A DNA stretch of 64,000 bases, from positions 9,610,001-9,674,000 of the forward strand of contig CM102283.1 of assembly GCA_046563655.1 (NCBI GenBank). The letters are read 5' to 3'. This document shows positions 61,480 to 64,000 of this stretch, in pieces; within the stretch, counting starts at the first letter, position 1, and each line of letters opens with the position of its first letter. The notes beneath the pieces are model-generated. The model was not told the origin of the DNA, made no database searches, and was given only the letters and a program-made list of their open reading frames with translations. Origin of the DNA: Yuukianura sp. NJ FZ-2021 (taxonomy: Eukaryota). The position numbers were made by a program, and so were the translations under genes.

Positions 61480-64000
61480 ATTTTTTACTTTTAAAAAAAT
61501 TATCAGAGTTGAGAGAAAATTTTTGGCTAAATTCCTGGGAAATTTTTGGCGGAAAATGGTTTTTAAAAATCAAATGAAAGAGAAGTGATGCGGTTAGTTT
61601 AATTTTTGCAACTTTTTGGCTTTAAGATAAACTTTTTTTTTTCAATTTTTTTTAATGTTAAGGTTGACAATTTTAGCGGAAAAAGGTGGGTTTCTCACGA
61701 CCTAATTTTTGTGGATGAGGTTTTAAGATTTTGAGTATTTCAAGGAAAAACTGGATTTGTGTTCAAACTGAAAAAAAAATTAACGCAGGAAGCTCGTGTA
61801 TCCGCCGTGGTTTACCGGGAAAACTCAGCATTTCTACGAATTCTTTTAAACTTTTTTCACTTACATTTTGGCAATGCCAAAACTTAAAAAAAGTTAAAGT
61901 TTTAACTCAAGAAGTTACCGCTTAATTAAAATTTGCAAAATAATTTTTGTTGGTTTCCGATAAACAAAGAAATTGCCATTTTTTGAAATCCATTTTTGCA
62001 AAACTTTTTCTTCTTCTCGTTGTGGTATGTTGCAGAAATTTTTCCAATTTCAATATATTTTTATTAAAAAGTGAAAATGTGAGAAAGATGATTTGATTTG
62101 TTGTTTGTGTAAAATTGGTCTCTTGGTTTAGAGTCAAGTGGAGAAAGTGGATCGGGAGTGGAAGTGGATTGGATGGATGTGGATTGTGGATTGAGGTTCT
62201 GTGCGTTATTCACTTACGTGCTGTTTAGACGTACGTGAGTAATGGAACAAGCTGTTGTTGAGCTTTCCTCCATGTCAAAAGGAATGAATTCATTGAAGCA
62301 AGTGGAGAAAAGGCTAATATCGCACAAATGATCATTTCATCCCCAACTCATGTGTGGAGGGAATCAATTTCACAATAAGCTCTTGGCCTTACAAATATTA
62401 CAAATGTCGACCTCCTCCTCCTCCTCCTCCGCCAAAAGAGAGGAGGAGGAGGAGGATGAAGAAAAGTACGAGTGAACTGAGCGCGCTATTTCAAATTAAA
62501 CTCTGCCACATGGAGCCAACTGCTTTCTGTTCCTAGACGCAAGGAATGATCGAATTACTTCACTGGATCCGATATTAGTACACGTTACACCTCCTCCCTG
62601 CCCTGTCCCGCTTCCTAATATCAAAAATACCATAAATCTCCTCACAAATACCGTAAATCTCCGCACAAGTACCGTAAATCTCCAACTTTTGCCCGACAAA
62701 ATCACAACTCTCCGCTTGGTGTTATGATATGACCAATCCTGTTTCTAGTTTTCGCAGATTTCTCTTTTTTTTCTCCCGATTTTTTGGAACCCGGGGTTGT
62801 AAGTCGGAGTTTTACGGTACTGCCTGTCCAGAAGGGTTGTATACAGAGAGCTGAATGTAATAGAAGTCATAACTGAGGAAAGATTGGTTGTAGGAATGGA
62901 GGGCACATAAAACGGAAGACAAAGGAGAGTAGGAGTCATTTACTAGGGTTGTACAATATGTTGCTTTCTCTGCTCCACTTTCTCCGAGACATGGACCAAA
63001 AGGAAAATTACTTAATCTATAATATGGAAAGAACGCTCTAATACTTTCTCTTTTTTCAAACTCCTTTGACTTTCTCAACTTTCTATATTTTGGATAAGGA
63101 GGAGGTAGGACTCGAACTGGAGAGCTATTACTCCTGCTAGCACAAACTGGAGTTATGGGAGGGAGAAAGTCGGAAATTTATGGGTTTTATGCTTGTGCTT
63201 TCTGCGATGTATCCAATGCTCAATCTCATGGAAACACAGCCACTCTTATTATAAAATCAATCTCCAATTTGGACACACAAATTGGAAAACGAAAAACTAC
63301 TGCTTCATTTTTCCAACAGAAACAAAATGAGAAAAGAGATTTCAAAATTTCCGATCATGAAGACATTTCAAGTCGAATTTTAGAAAAAGAGAATCAAGTT
63401 ATTTTGAGATTCTGAAAAATTTGGTGTCAGAGGATTTAGAACTGTTTGAACAAAGCTCAATTTTTTTCGACGTTTGAAAAGTTGAAGCTTTTGAGATTCT
63501 ATTTTGGGCGAAAAGTGAAGATGTTGTTGTGGGTGAAGTGGAGGGATTTTGGCACTAAATATTCCAAGGATCATTGCGTGAGTCAGCGGTTCTGTTTAAA
63601 CAAATAGGGTTCGAATCCTGCACGGCGCATGAGCATCCATGTATGTGTGTGTTTGGAGGACGCGGTTCAATGGAGAATTAACCTATTATGCACTCAATCG
63701 GAACTTTTTTTTCGTCTTGGGCACCAATTTGTTCAAACAGCTCCGTGACAGGGAAGAAATTTAAAAAAAAGAAAACAGAGTAACTCCTTTGTGTCTAAAT
63801 TTTGAATTTTCCCGCCAGAATCTCTACCATCTCTATAATGTATCAAGCCCAATCATAATTTGTCTCTCAAGTGCCAACTTGAATTTTCCCGCCTCCGTTT
63901 TTCAAACTAAAAAGCACCACAATAGAGCCATTGTTTTTTTAGTTTCAAAAAGTTTTTAAAACGGAAGTAAGCACAGCAGGTGCTTTTTAAAAAAATAAAA

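Noticed and set aside
42212-63574. Numerous 60-115 aa ORFs in the gene-poor half
   Set aside because: Composition matches random AT-rich sequence; no motifs or consistent exon chains.

Overview
Eukaryotic, AT-rich, short-intron arthropod DNA. The Beat-type Ig gene and CS-alpha-beta defensin point to an arthropod; a compact mite-like genome is a guess. Positions 1-41.6 kb are gene-dense. In order: a plant/fungal-type Mn-CDF transporter, farnesyl diphosphate synthase, Sec22, two orphan genes, a large PWWP/C2H2 protein, SAMTOR/BMT2 coupled to OGG1, a Beat-family Ig gene, a secreted orphan, rootletin with a defensin nested antisense in one intron, TBCB, tRNA-Ser(TGA), a secreted Ser/Thr/Gly-rich protein ending in a beta-gamma-crystallin domain, and AMT/GcvT. 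Positions 41.6-64 kb contain no recognisable coding sequence but carry recurrent short motifs and possible first exons. Main leads: (1) the whole SAMTOR ORF looks like a cassette exon inside the OGG1 5' UTR, implying a shared promoter or dicistronic unit; (2) the hidden intronic defensin; (3) possible horizontally acquired CDF and crystallin genes; (4) an FPPS with an altered chain-length-determining site. All exon structures were inferred by eye from splice signals and reading-frame continuity; no database searches were run.
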